Shown one piece after another: positions 25,006-38,525 of a DNA stretch of 64,000 nucleotides (position 1 is the first letter of the stretch; the number at the start of each line of letters is the position of its first letter). The stretch is from Massalongia carnosa. Its lineage: Eukaryota. The position numbers and the translations under genes are program-made. The DNA is taken from positions 3,410,001 through 3,474,000 of the forward strand of contig OZ287067.1 in assembly GCA_965645245.1 (NCBI GenBank), in the 5' to 3' direction. The notes below the pieces were generated by a model. The model was not told the origin of the DNA. It made no database searches and saw nothing but the letters and a program-made list of their open reading frames with translations.

Positions 25006-26125
25006 ATGCCGCACAAAATCTAACGATGGAATGATGTTACCACCGTCTCTCCGTTTCCTTTCCGTTGAACTTAGAAATTTCTTTCTCATCAGTAATTTGT
25101 TGATTGGGGTTGAAACTTTTATAACTTGATTCTTTAATGGTATGTGATACTGATATCACAAGCTTTCCTTTTCGCAGACACACTTATGTAGCTCTATTGA
25201 TGCTTGCTTTAATATCTTATCGCAGGACGAGTTGCAGTTAGTCCGAGTTTGTGGCCTGCTTCTCACGATCTGGTATATTTATAGGTAATTAGTATCTATA
25301 GGATTCATTACACTTTGATGGCCATGTTCGGGTTCTACTTTAGTAACATATCTATCAAGTATAACTTTATAGCCTATAGCTGAAGAAGGTTGAAAATCAG
25401 GAGTCTCTTTTTTCTTCGACCTTGAGCTGGTCAATCGCAATAACCATAGAGATTATCATTTAGATAATCTTTCACATATCTATAGCTTTTGAGTGTTTTA
25501 AAGCCTTTCCCTTACCTTGCCTCAGGATCTCAGACGTCCGTGGCTCTAGCGAGCCATCTAAGCCCAGGACGTGTAGTGAAAGGGTTATGAAAGGAAGAAA
25601 CGGTATGGGCTCGACCTCCGCAAATGATTGGCTCTTAACGTTTCGGCTTTGGGCTCTCATTGATTGTTAAAGCAGACGTTAGGATTTTCGTCGTTTCGAA
25701 GCCGATGCTGTAAGAAAGAAAATCTAAATTTAAAAAGGGTTATGGCTTGCGTGCTAGTTGGAACGACGCGCGCCTCTAGTTTAAAACGTGCAGAGCAATT
25801 TTACGTACGTCGGATTATTTTCGTAAATCAAAAATCAATTAGATTATATATATTATATGAAACTTCAACGGTCAGGAATTTCTAGAAATTTTTCGTACGA
25901 AGTCTGTTGAGCTTTTTTAAAAATAAAAATATATTTGACAAAATACGAAGTTTTGCGCTCAGACTCGCGAAAGAGTCTCTCTCGAAGATCTCATTGGCTC
26001 AGTATGCAAGCTTCTCATAGCCTTGTCGTTGAATGATAGCTTCCCACTCACTCCCTGAATCGGATATTTTATTTTGAATAGGATAGCTGCAATTGACGGT
26101 GTCATTAAAGCTCGAACATGGAGAT

Positions 26126-29100
26126 ATGGCTCTTCTTTTAGCCAAAGCGGCACCTTTAAAACCCGAGATCAAGCTTGCCCAGGCATTATCCGAATATGAG
26201 GCCGTACTCGCCGATAGTTAAAGAGCAAAGCTCCGCATATACCGTGGGCGGTCACCACCCCATCCGGCGGACGTTATGCAGTTTACGGCTGAGATTGATA
26301 GAGATACTAGTCAAAGTCGCAAATCTAGACGTTTCGTGGGGACGAGGCTCATGAACGTACTGCAAGCCCTTCAGCAGTTCTCTACTGTTGTAGACCTCAT
26401 GGTTGGAAGTTCACAATCACAGGTTGCGAGCGCTATTTGGGGTGTTTTGAAAATATCTTTGTTGGTAGTAGTGATTCTCATCCAATATAAATGCTTCTCA
26501 TCGCTGATTTAAGGTCTCCTATACTGCCTCAACTATCTCATATTATTTTGATCGGTTATAAACATTGTTTATGGCCATCGGGCTTACATGCCCAAGATTC
26601 TAGGATTTTGGCCTGCTGTATTTCGAGTCACCAAGGCTGCAAAATGCTGTGTGCGAATACTTCATTGTTATTCTGCATCTTTACAAACAGGCCATGCTAT
26701 TTCTTAAAAAGACTTTTGTATCACAAATTTCTTCCTCTATCTTGAAACCGTTTGAGTCTACATTTGGCACTTTTCGCGGCGACCTCGATAGAGTAGCAAG
26801 TGCTATTCGAGCGGTGATTCCCTAGCGTCAAATAAAGCACAAAATAAAGAGATAAAAGAAAACTCAAAGCTTCGGATACTCACAACCAAACTTTCAGACT
26901 CCATGACGCGAGACCTCGAGAAATCTAGAGTTTGGAAAACAAGAAAATCAGAATTGCAGTTTCTGAATGCCCTCTTTATCTATAACCACGAGACAGCCTG
27001 GAAGCAAGCACGCAAGCAAGGCAATGTCAATTGGTTAGACGACGAGGAAAATTATAAGCAGTGGAGGCAGGATCTCGTCTCGAGCACGCTATGGTGTACT
27101 GGCATATTAGGATCTGGGAAAGCTGTTCTCTCAGCTAATCTGGTGGAGGACCTAAAACTAAATATGCCGGCCGCGGTTGCTTATTTCTTCTGTAGATATG
27201 ACGAGGTGCAATCACTACAGTCAAGAACAATCATTGGCAGCCTTGCTAGACAGATATTTGATCATGTAAAACCGGATGTGACGGATACAGTTACAGAAAT
27301 GAAAGCCGGCATTTTAGTTGCTGATCAAATATTGGACTATCTTCAGGAACTGCTTTCTGAAAATTCTCAAAAATATATTATCATAGTTGACGGGCTAGAT
27401 GAATGCTAAGAGACTGAGGCTAGATTACTATTAAAATTTCTAAAACAGCTGCTCATATCTAAGCATATTTTCCAAGTATACATTTCCAGCCGGCTGGATG
27501 TCTTTCGTTGGGCACCTACATTTCTCGAACCCCAATGGAACATATCGATATCGCATACAAATCCTGATATAGCGCAGTTCATTAAAGACATATTAGAGCA
27601 ACATCTTGAGGTAAGGAGCCTCTGTATCGGCGATCTAACCATAATTCTTACCATCCAGGATGTGCTACTTAAGAAAGTCCGTGGCATGTGATTATCCATG
27701 ATAGATCTTCGCTTTTTCCTCGCGTTGCCAGATCTAAACAATTATTGGTTCCTTTGAGTGGCGTTCCAGATCGATTCCATCTGTTCTCAGACAAACAACG
27801 AGAGCCCTCGAGAATCTACCAAAAGATTTACCAGACACTTTCAATCGCATTCTTCGAAAACAGAAGCATTCAGAGGCTGCTGATTTACACCTTTGCACAA
27901 AGTTTTTCAAGCTATTGACCGCTGCTCAACGACCTCTTACACTAGAGGAACTTCGGGAAGCAGTCAGTGTTGAAGTAGGTAATACAATCTGGAATGAAAG
28001 CCTGCTAGTCAACGACATACTCCAATCGTTGAATGCTACGGTAGTCTTGTAACAGTGTGATGAAGAGAATCTGACTGTTCATTTGCACATCATAGTGTCA
28101 AGCAACACCTTCTTTCCGAGCCTACAGCCTTAGATATTATCGAGTATCACATGAGTTCAAAAGAGGCGGACTTGCACTTAACTTAGGCGAGATTTGCGTT
28201 ACATACCTTAACTTCCGAGTATTCGATCAGCAGCTTACAAAGGTGAGTCCCATATTGCCCCTACAAGTTGCTCATTATCCATCTGCGATACTGAGTGGGA
28301 GTCTACCTTGTTCCAGTTTCGCCAATAAATTGGCGCTCAAGCTATTGAAGACAAAGGAAAACCTGACCCCGGATATTTACGATACTCTGACCAGGGCTGT
28401 ATATGAGCACAAGGAACACGCCCGAGAAGAACATCCTTTTCTCTTTTATGCTCAAGAGCACTGGCTTTATCACACTAAAGCATTCGACTATAATAAATCG
28501 TATAGGTACAAGCTATGGCGAAAGTTGATTAATGGCGAAGTGAATACGGTGAGACTGCCCTAGAGTCCGAAGAAATGGACTGGACTAGGGGATACTTTTA
28601 TTGAATGGATAGTTCGAAAGGAGCATTGGGCACTCATAAACGAAGCTTTTGTCTACTATCTTGACGTCTCGGAGAGTTCTTCGGCCATCAGGCCCCTCTT
28701 GAACATCCTAGAAGAGAAAGCAAAGAAAAAAGGTGATGAGAACATTGATCTAAACCTCTCATTGGTCGTAGCTTCGGCATGCGGCAACAAGGTGGTAGTT
28801 GAGTTAATGTTACAAAGAGGAGCAGATGTCAATACGAAAGTTGGACAAGACAACCTGGCATTGCACGTGGCCTCAATGGGCGGTTATGAAGAGATTATAA
28901 ACTTATTATTGGACAATGGAGCAGACGCTAATGCCCAGGGTAGAGGGCATGAACCCGCATTAGTGATGGCTATGAGAGGGCGCAAAGAGAATATCGTGCG
29001 GTGGTTATTAGAAAAGGGAGCTAATGTGAATGAATATAGCAATCGCTATGATAGTGCCTTGGAAGTGGCTGTGAGTATGGTTACCGATGAGAAACTGGTG

Positions 29101-29420
29101 CAACTGTTGTTGGAAAATGGAGCAGATCCCAATGCGTTGAGTGAAATTTGTGGCAACGTACTGAACGCGGCGGTCAGTAAGTCCAACTTGAACATTGTTA
29201 GGCTATTGCTGAATGAGGGGGCAGATGTCAATGTATTTGACGAGGTATATGGCACCGCAATGAACGTGGCTTTCTTTAAGTACAAGCCCGAAATCATAAA
29301 GTTGTTGGAAGAAAGGGGTGCTGGTCCTAATAATACACCGATTATAAGTTCCGAAACCGCATTTAGCTAGGCTGTGCGTCAGCAGGACGAGGAAATCTTG
29401 TAGATTATAGGAGAGACTTC
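26126..29420 (+). pseudogene. Fungal NLR-like NACHT NTPase-ankyrin repeat gene, decayed
   Basis: N-terminal LKPEIKLAQALSEYEA...DVMQFTAEIDR, Walker A GILGSGKA, Walker B IIVDGLDEC, winged-helix AQRPLTLEELREAV and 5-6 ankyrin repeats (28699-29370). Many stops and frameshifts. Confidence 0.88.
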
Positions 29421-30272
29421 GAGGTCCACCGAGAGGATCAAGCTTCAACTGATAACAGCACGTCCACCTCAGGCAAGCTTCATTTAGCTCGAGCGAAGGA
29501 ACTGGTCACTATCAGCTCTGCACTCTCGGTACCATCTCGAACCTGAGGGCCAGTCCTTATTTAGTCGATCTGCTTCAAATTCTCATATGCGTTGCGCTCC
29601 CACTATCCGAAGGGTGACTTAATTACCAAGACAAGGCCAACCAAAACACTAGAAATCACCTAGTCCAGCAGTGAAATATCAGCAATCAGACGAGATTTTC
29701 TCACATCACAGGCTTAGCAGGAGATCTACTAATTGGTCACCTTTTGCGGTCAACATTTACCAAAAAAACTTTCATTTAAGAGGCAGCTTTGTCTATGGAG
29801 CTAAGACATACTCGTAAATCGAAGATAGGTATCCCGAATCAATCATTTACTCCTTCGAGTATTATTTCCATGACTCGAGAAATGCATCGTGATGCGGAAC
29901 AAGAGAAAAGAAAAGCTCGAAGGGAGATTTTAGAGAACACCAAAACAAAGATAAGAAGCTGTAGGAATGACTACTGAAGGTGGGAGGTAGAGGGTTATGA
30001 GAGGCTGGAATGTAAAATGATGGTGAGAGACATACTTAAACACTTATTGAAATGGTCAGAGAAAGGGAAAGATATTATCGGTGCTATCTTCCCGACAGAT
30101 CAAGCTATCTGTGATGCTTCAAAGCTGGAAGCAAATAGGGGCTCTAAGGTCTAAGATAAGATTTGATTAGAATGGATATTATTAGCGTGATATTTTCCCG
30201 AAACTTCTCGCTGGTTCAGCATACCACCTCTTACATTTTGCTTTCCTTAAAAAAAAAAAAAAAAAAGTAGCA

Positions 30273-31629
30273 ATGAGCCTTCCAATTCTATCTGTCTCGG
30301 GTAATGAGCCGACTTCGTTGGCTAGCCGAGGTCGTGACTTAGTACATGCTGGCGAGTTCCTAGATATGTTCCAGACCATCTTGAGCAATCCTACCGGGTT
30401 CATCAAAATGGGCACTGTGGAGAACGTAAGTTTCAAACTGCGGGTTCTCTGTCTTAATCGACACTGAAATCAGACGATGTTGAAAACAGTACGTCATGCT
30501 CGACGAAGTTGCAAATTTTGTCAACGAGCATGTACGGAATCGAATCTCCCATTACTCAGTATTGTGGATCAATGTAATAATCCACTTCAATAGCTTAAAA
30601 TAGAAGCAAAAGATTTTAGTTATGGCGAAGGGCCTAGCGGCTCTCCAAGACTAAGGCAAGCCATGAAAGCGCACATGAATCGCTACTTCCATCCAAGGAA
30701 ACCCATTTCTGCCGAACACCTTCTGTTTGCAATGGACTCACAGCGCTATTTGAGATGCTGGCGTTCTCCAGCTGTGACACGAGTGTTGCCATTCTTTTCT
30801 CACGGCCTGTCTATCAAGCATTCAAGAACGACTTTGGAACTAGAGCCAAGTCTGTCTGGATTCGGTTCGGCGCCTGTTCTGCGCTAACAACTTGCCAGAG
30901 TGAACTGCGTCTTCGTAGAATTCGGTGAAGTTGACCAGTTTTCTTCCGAGGGAGTGAATAAGTACGAGGAGGCTTTAGTTGCCTCCAAAAAGGATGGTGT
31001 ATGCATTCGAGGCTTGATACTCTGTCATCCGCACAATCCGCTAGGGCGATGCTATCCGCAAGAGACGCTGATTAAATTTATGTAATTGTAGAGCAAGTAC
31101 GAGATCCATCTAATCTGCGTCGAGGTTTACGCCTTATCGGTGTACGAGGTTTCAGATCCTGAAGCACTCAAGTTTGAGTCCACCCTGTCGCTTGAGACAG
31201 AGAGTTATATCAGTTCTAGCTATCTTCATCTATTATATGGCATGAGCAAAGATATGGCCGCAAGTGGCGTACGGCTGGGCTGTATATACACTAGAAAAAA
31301 GGCGCTTCTGCGTGTGCTGAGCGCCTTAAGCGTCTTTCATTGATCAGGCAGTGCTAACGAAAGAATAGCTACATTGATGCTAGAGGACGAAAAATGGATG
31401 GATGAATTTTCTGCACTGCAGGCGCAAGTGTCTCGCTGCCCGGAACCAGCTTGTGAGGAAGATCCTTGAGCAGGAAGGGGTCGGGTATCGCAAGGGAGCT
31501 AATGTAGGGGTTTTCATCTGGGTTGATTTGAGGCCTTATCTCGCCACTTCGGCGACTGCTCCTTTGGAGGATCGCTGGGCCATCTTAACGCTCCCCAAGT
31601 ATGCCCCCAACCTCAACAAGGGCTTATAA
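30273..31629 (+). pseudogene. ACC-synthase-like class I/II PLP aminotransferase, decayed
   Basis: IKMGTVEN, YGEGPSGSPRLRQAM, LCHPHNPLGRCYP, LYGMSKDMAASGVRLG and GVFIWVDLR; stops near 31083 and 31341 plus frameshifts. Confidence 0.85.
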
Positions 31630-32300
31630 AAAGGGACATCTCCCTACGTATGTATGGCAATTCATAAACATTTTCTCCCACCGAAAGCGATTTTATATTT
31701 TATATATAATTTTTCAAATCTCAGACAGAACGCTAATCCAGAGCATACGTAAGAATGAATGAATGAATGAATGAACGAATGTAAAAATACCTATGTGGGG
31801 AGGATGTGCGATATTCTTTGCTGATGCGTCTTGTGGCAGATGGGGATTAGGAGAAGAGGAGAGGGGGGGGGGGGTTAACGGTGAGATTAGGTGGTGAAGG
31901 GATTGCTTGTAGGTTGGAGGTGGGCTTGAGAGTAATTTTCGTATTATTTTTTCTTATATGTCGTGCTTTGGTTTAGGATTTCCACTTTCATGTTTTTTTG
32001 CCGTTATGTAACTTTTCTAGGTCCATTTTTTAATGAGAAAATCCTTTTCCTCTCCATCCCCCCTTCCCCCCCCAAAAAAATCTACTTATATAAGAAGAAG
32101 GAAGTTATTAATGTTTAGAGATGGGGAAATTCTTTTGAGCGCAACTTGAAACAAATATTTATGAGCAGCCCCAGCTCGAGAAATACAATTAAAGTAAGAC
32201 GCCCCTGTACAATGAGATCTTTCTTAATCATTCTACTTGTTAGCACAAAGGAAAACCAAAGTTACTGAAGATTTTCTCCCCTGGTCCCGGCAGATGGAGG

Positions 32301-33250
32301 TTACCCACGATCGCCCAAAGCCATACCCAGATTGACCAGCTTGGTGATCGGTCCCTGTCGCTTCCCAGCCCTGAATCCTCTACGGGACTTCTTTACTCTA
32401 CGTATGCCATGACTGCCAGAAGCCATCCCAGAAACCTTATTTTGGATGGCTTTGGGTTGCCGTTGCAGAGTGATGCCTATGCCCAGACAAACGAGGACGA
32501 TGACGAACTCCTCGAGCACGGCCATGACCAGCATGATGGTGACGGAGCCAGTATAGAGCTTGAACCGCGGCTGATTCGCGAAAGAGGCCAAGGCGGAATA
32601 GAGGAGGCGCACGAAGAGGAAGGGAACGGAAATGGCAACGGCAAGGACAAGACGCCTTTCCCCCAACGCGACGTGCGAAATACGGAGCCAGATGGCGAGA
32701 AGAAGAAGGCTGAGACTGGCCCATCCGAGGAGGAACAGGCCTATGCCGGCTTTGGTCAGAGTTTCGACCTTGGTTGGGTCACTCGAGCTGCTGCTATTGA
32801 CGCCGCCGACTACGCAGAGAATGGCGGACACAATAACGAGGGTGCCGAGCAGCCGAAAAAGCAGAGGATGTAGCGATCCTATCTGAATGGAGGCATTGCT
32901 GTTTCCCCAGGTCAGCTCGGATCCGCTTAGGTTTGGGACTGCTCCGAATCGAGCCAGAAAGGAACGACCTACGCCCGAGAAAGCAGTCCGATGCACGTGA
33001 GAATGAGAGGTGACAGGCCGATGGAACTGCAGATGACGGCGGCAGTGATTACACCCTTACTATGGTTGGATTCGGAATCCAGCTGGCACGCAGCGCCTAC
33101 AATGCGGACCACGGTAAATACCACGAGGAAAATCCAGCCCGAGCTTCTGCCCAGCCCATGTCTGCTCGCGATCCAAGTGGAGAGGAACACGCTAGGAAAA
33201 TACACGATCAGCTCTAGGATCGAGATCCCGCCGCGGAAGCCAACTGTCAT
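32301..33250 (-). CDS. Fungal multi-pass (about 7 TM) membrane protein of unknown function, RTA1-like topology; 2 exons
   Basis: Intron 32972-32899 joins ...RHGLGRSSGWIFLVVFTVVRIVG...IGLSPL...LLSRA|NASIQ... to ...ERRLVLAVAISVPFLFVRLLY...VLEEFVIV. Confidence 0.8.
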
Positions 33251-35908
33251 GGCGTTTTGGGTTCAATTAGGCTTGGCGACTGTATTGAAACACTAGAAAC
33301 GTTAAGGAAGTAGGACAGGGCCATTACTTGGCAGATGTGAGAGCTCTTATATGCAGAGTCGTGCTCATGCTGATTGCAACCGCTGAGTAGGAAGCATAGC
33401 GAGCATATTGACCAAGCTCGCCGCATCCTCTCGCCAATTTACCTATCATTTGCATCTGAGACGCTGACATACATACTGCTTATGACCCGTACCTCAGACG
33501 TACGTGGCTCTACGAGTCAGCTAAGCCCCTCCGGGTTAGCCTATTTCGCTAAGCTATTCGGATTAGCGTCTTTAGCTGACTACAGTGGCGTGAGTGGCTG
33601 CGATAGCACACTAGTCAGCCTGTTAACCCAAAGGGACTTAACATTTTCTGTAAGGCTAACCAGAAGGGGCTTAGCGGATATGTCTCTGGGACATTGAGGC
33701 AAATTTTTTGCAGCTGAGATCCTTAGTCATCAACCTCTTCCAATGGTTTGAGAATTGCCTCATATACTATACCTAATTACGAGCCGTCTAAGCCTCATCC
33801 GGTTAACGTTGCAGCTGACTAACATCAGTGCGATTCAGAAAAGCTGCATGATCAGCTTGCTAGCCCGAAAGGGCTTGGCTTTCCTGATTGCTAACCCGGA
33901 AGGGCTTAACTGTGCGTTCTTAGACATCTCCATCGTCGGGCCCGAGGTACTCTGCATGATCACCGTTAGTAGATTCAACGTTGCTGATCACCGCCATCAC
34001 GGTTTCAAATGACGCAAGGAAACAGTGAAGGGGTGTGGAGGAGTAGAGTCTATCTGTTGGAATCACTACTCACCTAGCCCCATTTGCTCTAAATCAGCCC
34101 TGCAGGCTGGCCTGTCTGTTACAAGAAATCACCTCCGTACTCAATAGTAATTTGAACAATTACACCATCAATTGGTTATCGACATTTGCCTCAGTCGAGC
34201 GGAACCGCCGAATGAGCGGTAAAGGAAGCTTCGATCGGCAGTAGAACCGCGAAGAAAATTTATAATGCGGTTGCGTGGATCAGCCACAAAACCTTAAGGC
34301 TACTTCCATGTGTGATCTTTGCTGTTCGGATCCCCGTTTCTCCAGACTTCTTCAATCCTGCGGTTCTTCTTATTCGCAATGCTGACGATTGTTGATCTCT
34401 TCTTCCAAATGCTTGTGCGCTATCGGTTTCTCCGAGGCCACGCATGCCGGAGTAATGCGCACGAGATTCGTAACTCGAGGATCGTGATTGAGCTGGTGTC
34501 GTCCATCCAGGTTGCCACCAAGACATCAACATCGTCCCTTCATCGACAAGATAGGAGATCGCTGTCGATATCCTGGTTAACTATAGATCAAGTGTAACCC
34601 AGACTTTTACGCTTGGCCGGTTTCATACACCTCTCGTTGAGAAGTAGTATAAGCGCCGAGTCCACGCAGTAAGAAGCTTTTTTTTTGGATTATCTATGTT
34701 AGAAACGAAATATCTGGTTTGCGGCATACCGAGTGATCTATCGATGTCGGGGGGCTGATGCGTGCTGGCTTGCACATGACGATTAAGGGGACCCGGACAA
34801 GACCTCCTGCATCCAACTGCATGCAAAATTACTCTAACAAGGGAGCATGAGAGTCAGTACAGTGGCCAAGTCGGCTTTACAGGAGCTGTGGGACTAAACC
34901 ACTCATTCTTCAGCGGAACAGGTCGCTGGGTGCCGAATAGGCGGCCCGGGTAGTTGGTATCGAAAGGTTAGTGTCCAAATCTCATATCAAAGCGCGCTAA
35001 AATGTCCTGTTATACCTAACGGAATACACACTACGGAAGAAATTCGCGGGCTTCATCATGTCGGCTAAAATATTTATAACTATTATTTGTGATTGAACAG
35101 TTCTCTTCAAGCTGCTGTGCTGCGGACGGTTATTTTTGCTGAGAGCTTTTTTATACTGATTTTGTTTTAGTAACAATGAGAGAAAATCTTCATCAACCTA
35201 TGCGGCTGATTTAAGAAACGAGTGAATGAAGGAAGGAAGAAATATCTTTTGATGATGATAATGAAAAAACAATGCTAGAGGATCGTTTATTTATGTCCTT
35301 TTATTTTCTCCAGTTGTTTAAACATCGTCTTCCTTCGACTTTCGAAATTCGTGGATTACTCACAGCTTGTTACCTATTCGGCTTCGGCATAGTCTGTCAC
35401 TGTTTTGCGGGCATTTTTCGAGCTCGCTTTCTGTTTGACAGCCATAGCACAGAGGGCACAAGGTGATACATATCGAGGTTGCTTTGTTAGCCATGAAATC
35501 TTTCTACTTATATCTTCATTTTCCCTGTTGAGTTTCCCAGAAAAAAGGGGTTACTCGTTGGCGTTGGTTCTCAATCCAAGTTGATCAGATGTTTTTCATA
35601 TCGATAAGACCCTTTCCTGATTCTAGACCCAGGGTCTACGAAACCTTATGCAGCCACCGAGGATCTTTAGACCTGAGAAGCTCTCGAAATAAACATAAGA
35701 CTTGACTTGAAAGACACGGAGAACATCGGAGCTGGAGATTTCATGCACACTTTCACCTTGCTTAAATGCTAAAGCTTAACGGCAATGTTGCGATATGGGA
35801 CCAAAAATAGACTAGAGCGCTGCACTCAGTTCTTTCAACGTTGGGATGATTTATACGTATTATCGCTATCACCCCTCTCAAGTTGCAAATTTTGGGGTTT
35901 CAGCGAAG

Positions 35909-38039
35909 ATGGGCACGCAAAAGACTATTTTTTTCCGACAGAGATCTTCGGAATGCTTCATCATAACCACTGTGTCGGTCGCCGCTTTCACTGTCCGTGA
36001 TGAGTTTTCTTAATTCTTGGCAATCCTGAAGCCCATGCTAATTAATGACTACACAGGAAATATTTCTTGCCGGAATGGTAGAGTTATATCGCAAGCTGAA
36101 ACGCATTGATCTTGGTGCTTACGACTGATCCAGATTCTTCCTATAATGCCATTCGCATTGAATGAGCGCTTGACTATCCCGACTGAGCATGGTACGTCGT
36201 CAGTGCACCGAGCTCAAGAGTTGCCGTGATAAAGAAGCCACAGTACAATATTGGGTCTTGTCAAATGTCAGCTATACTGGCATTAACCAACATTGGTCAA
36301 CGGGCCCGTCACATGCCCGTCACATGACATTGCCACCGCGGCACAGGTAAAAATTCTTCATCCCCCACATTCTTTCTTCCTTCGGAGACATCTCTTGATC
36401 TATCCCCTGGCGGCATACCTAGCTAGAAAATCATCTATAGATCAATGCCATTCATTTCACCTCATCTGGTCAAGACGTAAATCATCTCAACTGATCATCA
36501 GGGCAAAAAGCCTCAGAGGTCTCGACGATGCTGGCTGTGTACGGCGCTGCCCAGCTTATTGGATCCCGTACGCTCACCATTGTTGGCTCAGAGCCCAAAC
36601 AAGACGCTGATGCACCTGTTCAGCACTTTTCGGCTGGGTGGCTGATCACACGACCTCGCGCCGCCCTCCATTCCTAGTAGGACAGTTTGCATTAGCATTC
36701 TCGGGTGCACTGCTATGCTTTAGTACGAGCATTCCCGTGCTGCTCGTTGGCCGGGCTCTGCAAGGGCTCTCGGCCGCGGCCGTGTGGGTGGTAGGGCTGG
36801 CAATGCTGGTAGATACTGTGGGTGAGGAGCGAATGGGACAGAGCATGGGGTACGTGTTTTGGGCGACGCTGACGGGTCTTTTGAGTGCGCCGGTCTTGGG
36901 TGGGATTATTTATGAGCAAGGAGGTTACTATTACGTTTTTGCCGTTGCGTTTGGGATCATCGGGTTTGATACCTTCCTGCGGCTCGGTGTCATTGAGCGG
37001 GGCGCGGCCACGACGTGGACTTGTGGGGATCCTGAGAGCGCTGAGAGCATGAATGGAGCGTTTGCTTCGGACAACAACAAGCTGCTCTCTTCGACAAAAT
37101 CTCAGAAACCAAGTGGCGGTTCAAAATCCTCGGCTTCGGCGCGATCGAAATGTACCGAGCATCCTCAAACGGAAACATCGCCATTGATCGCTTCTGCTTC
37201 CACGTCCAAATTGATAGTTAGGCTTCCCCCGCTAGTAACGCTTCTCCTGTCTCCGCGCTCCTGACCAGCTTCGAGGGGGTGAACTTCCCACCTCATGTCA
37301 CCTAAACACCATGTATCTCGCTAACCCCTGGTCATTCCTTTGCCATCCAGGTTCTCCCTCTCTTCGGGGCAAAAAGATTCGGTTGGGACGCCAGCCAAGC
37401 AGGACTAGTGTTCCTCGTTCTGTTTAGTCCCACCCTCGCCGCACCCATGATCGGTAAAGTTTTTCGCCACCGTTCCATCCATCCCTATTACTCACTCACA
37501 TCCACCCATCAAGCCGCCAATCCGACACCTTCGGCCCCCGCCCCCTCGCGCCCCTAGGATTTCTCCTCGCCGCCCCGCCCATCGCCCTCCTCGCCTTCCT
37601 CTCCCACCTAAGCGACGAGCGCCACCGCTCCATCGCCCTCCCCACCACCTTCCTCTTCCTTACTGGTCTCGCCCTCGCGTGCGTTATGCCGCCCGTCGGC
37701 TCCGAGATCAGCCGCGTCGTCAAGACCCGCCTCCGCGAGCGTCCGGGCCCTTCGGCCGGGTACGCGCAGGCCTACGGGCTGTGCAACGTTGCGTTTGGGG
37801 CTGGCGCCATTGCGGGGCCGCTTGGCGCGGGGTGGGTTGAGGGGAGGTGGGGGTGGGATACCATGTGTTGCTTTCTAGGGGCGTTGGCGGCCGTTTCTGC
37901 GTTGCCGATGGTAGGTCTCATGAAAAGGGGGCCGCCCCTTGGGGTGCAAATTGGCAGATATGCTAACAGGTATTTTTTTAGTGCTGGGTAGGTCATGTTC
38001 CTGGGAGGGGAGGCGAGAGAAGGTGAGAGGGGAAGGTGA
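35909..38039 (+). pseudogene. MFS transporter (vesicular amine transporter / DHA1-like), disrupted by a solo LTR and a frameshift
   Basis: RSSECFIITTVSVAAFT, PIMPFAL, GWVADHTTSRRPPF, GRALQGLSAAAVWVVGLAMLVDTVG and YAQAYGLCNVAFGAGAIAGP. YWV|STMLAVYG is interrupted, and the frame breaks near 37261. Confidence 0.85.
36259..36517. mobile_element. Probable solo LTR (259 bp) with 5-bp TSD GGTCT
   Basis: GGTCT at 36254-36258 and 36518-36522. The insert begins TGTCA and ends TCAGA (degenerate CA end). Removing it restores the MFS reading frame. Confidence 0.75.
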
Positions 38040-38467
38040 GGACTAGGCTATGGGAAAGGCGGTGGCGGGTTCGCTCTTGTTTTAATCCCGACAAGCGTTG
38101 TTTGGTCGAGCACGTTCGCTCATCTTTAATCTTTCGTTGTCTTCGTTCTCGATCGGTTCAAAGGTTTAAGAGCATCTGTTATATCTTCGACTTTCATAAT
38201 ACGATGAAGCCCGAAGTCGAGAAGCACTGTAACCAAAAGAATCCAAGTGCTATTAGCCATCCCCCCATCTAACTTCCCAATGCGGTCGCATCATCATCAT
38301 CAGCCTACCTACTACATAGTTAACCACAACTTTAAAAAACAGGTTCTGATACCCCCCACCCCCACATAACATTTCGGGCTCTCAGACCTGCAAATTTTGT
38401 ACCATCCTTACCGGGAATGTTTCAGGGCAACGTCCGGAAAATACGGACAGGAGGATTGGAAGGAGGG

Positions 38468-38525
38468 GGAGGAGGAGGAGGAGGAGGAGGAGGAGGAGGA
38501 GGAGGAGGAGGAGGAGGAGGAGGAG
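38468..38525. repeat. (GGA)n microsatellite, about 19 copies
   Basis: Directly visible. Confidence 0.95.

Noticed and set aside
34260..34620. Short ORFs on both strands
   Set aside because: No recognisable domain or consistent splice structure.
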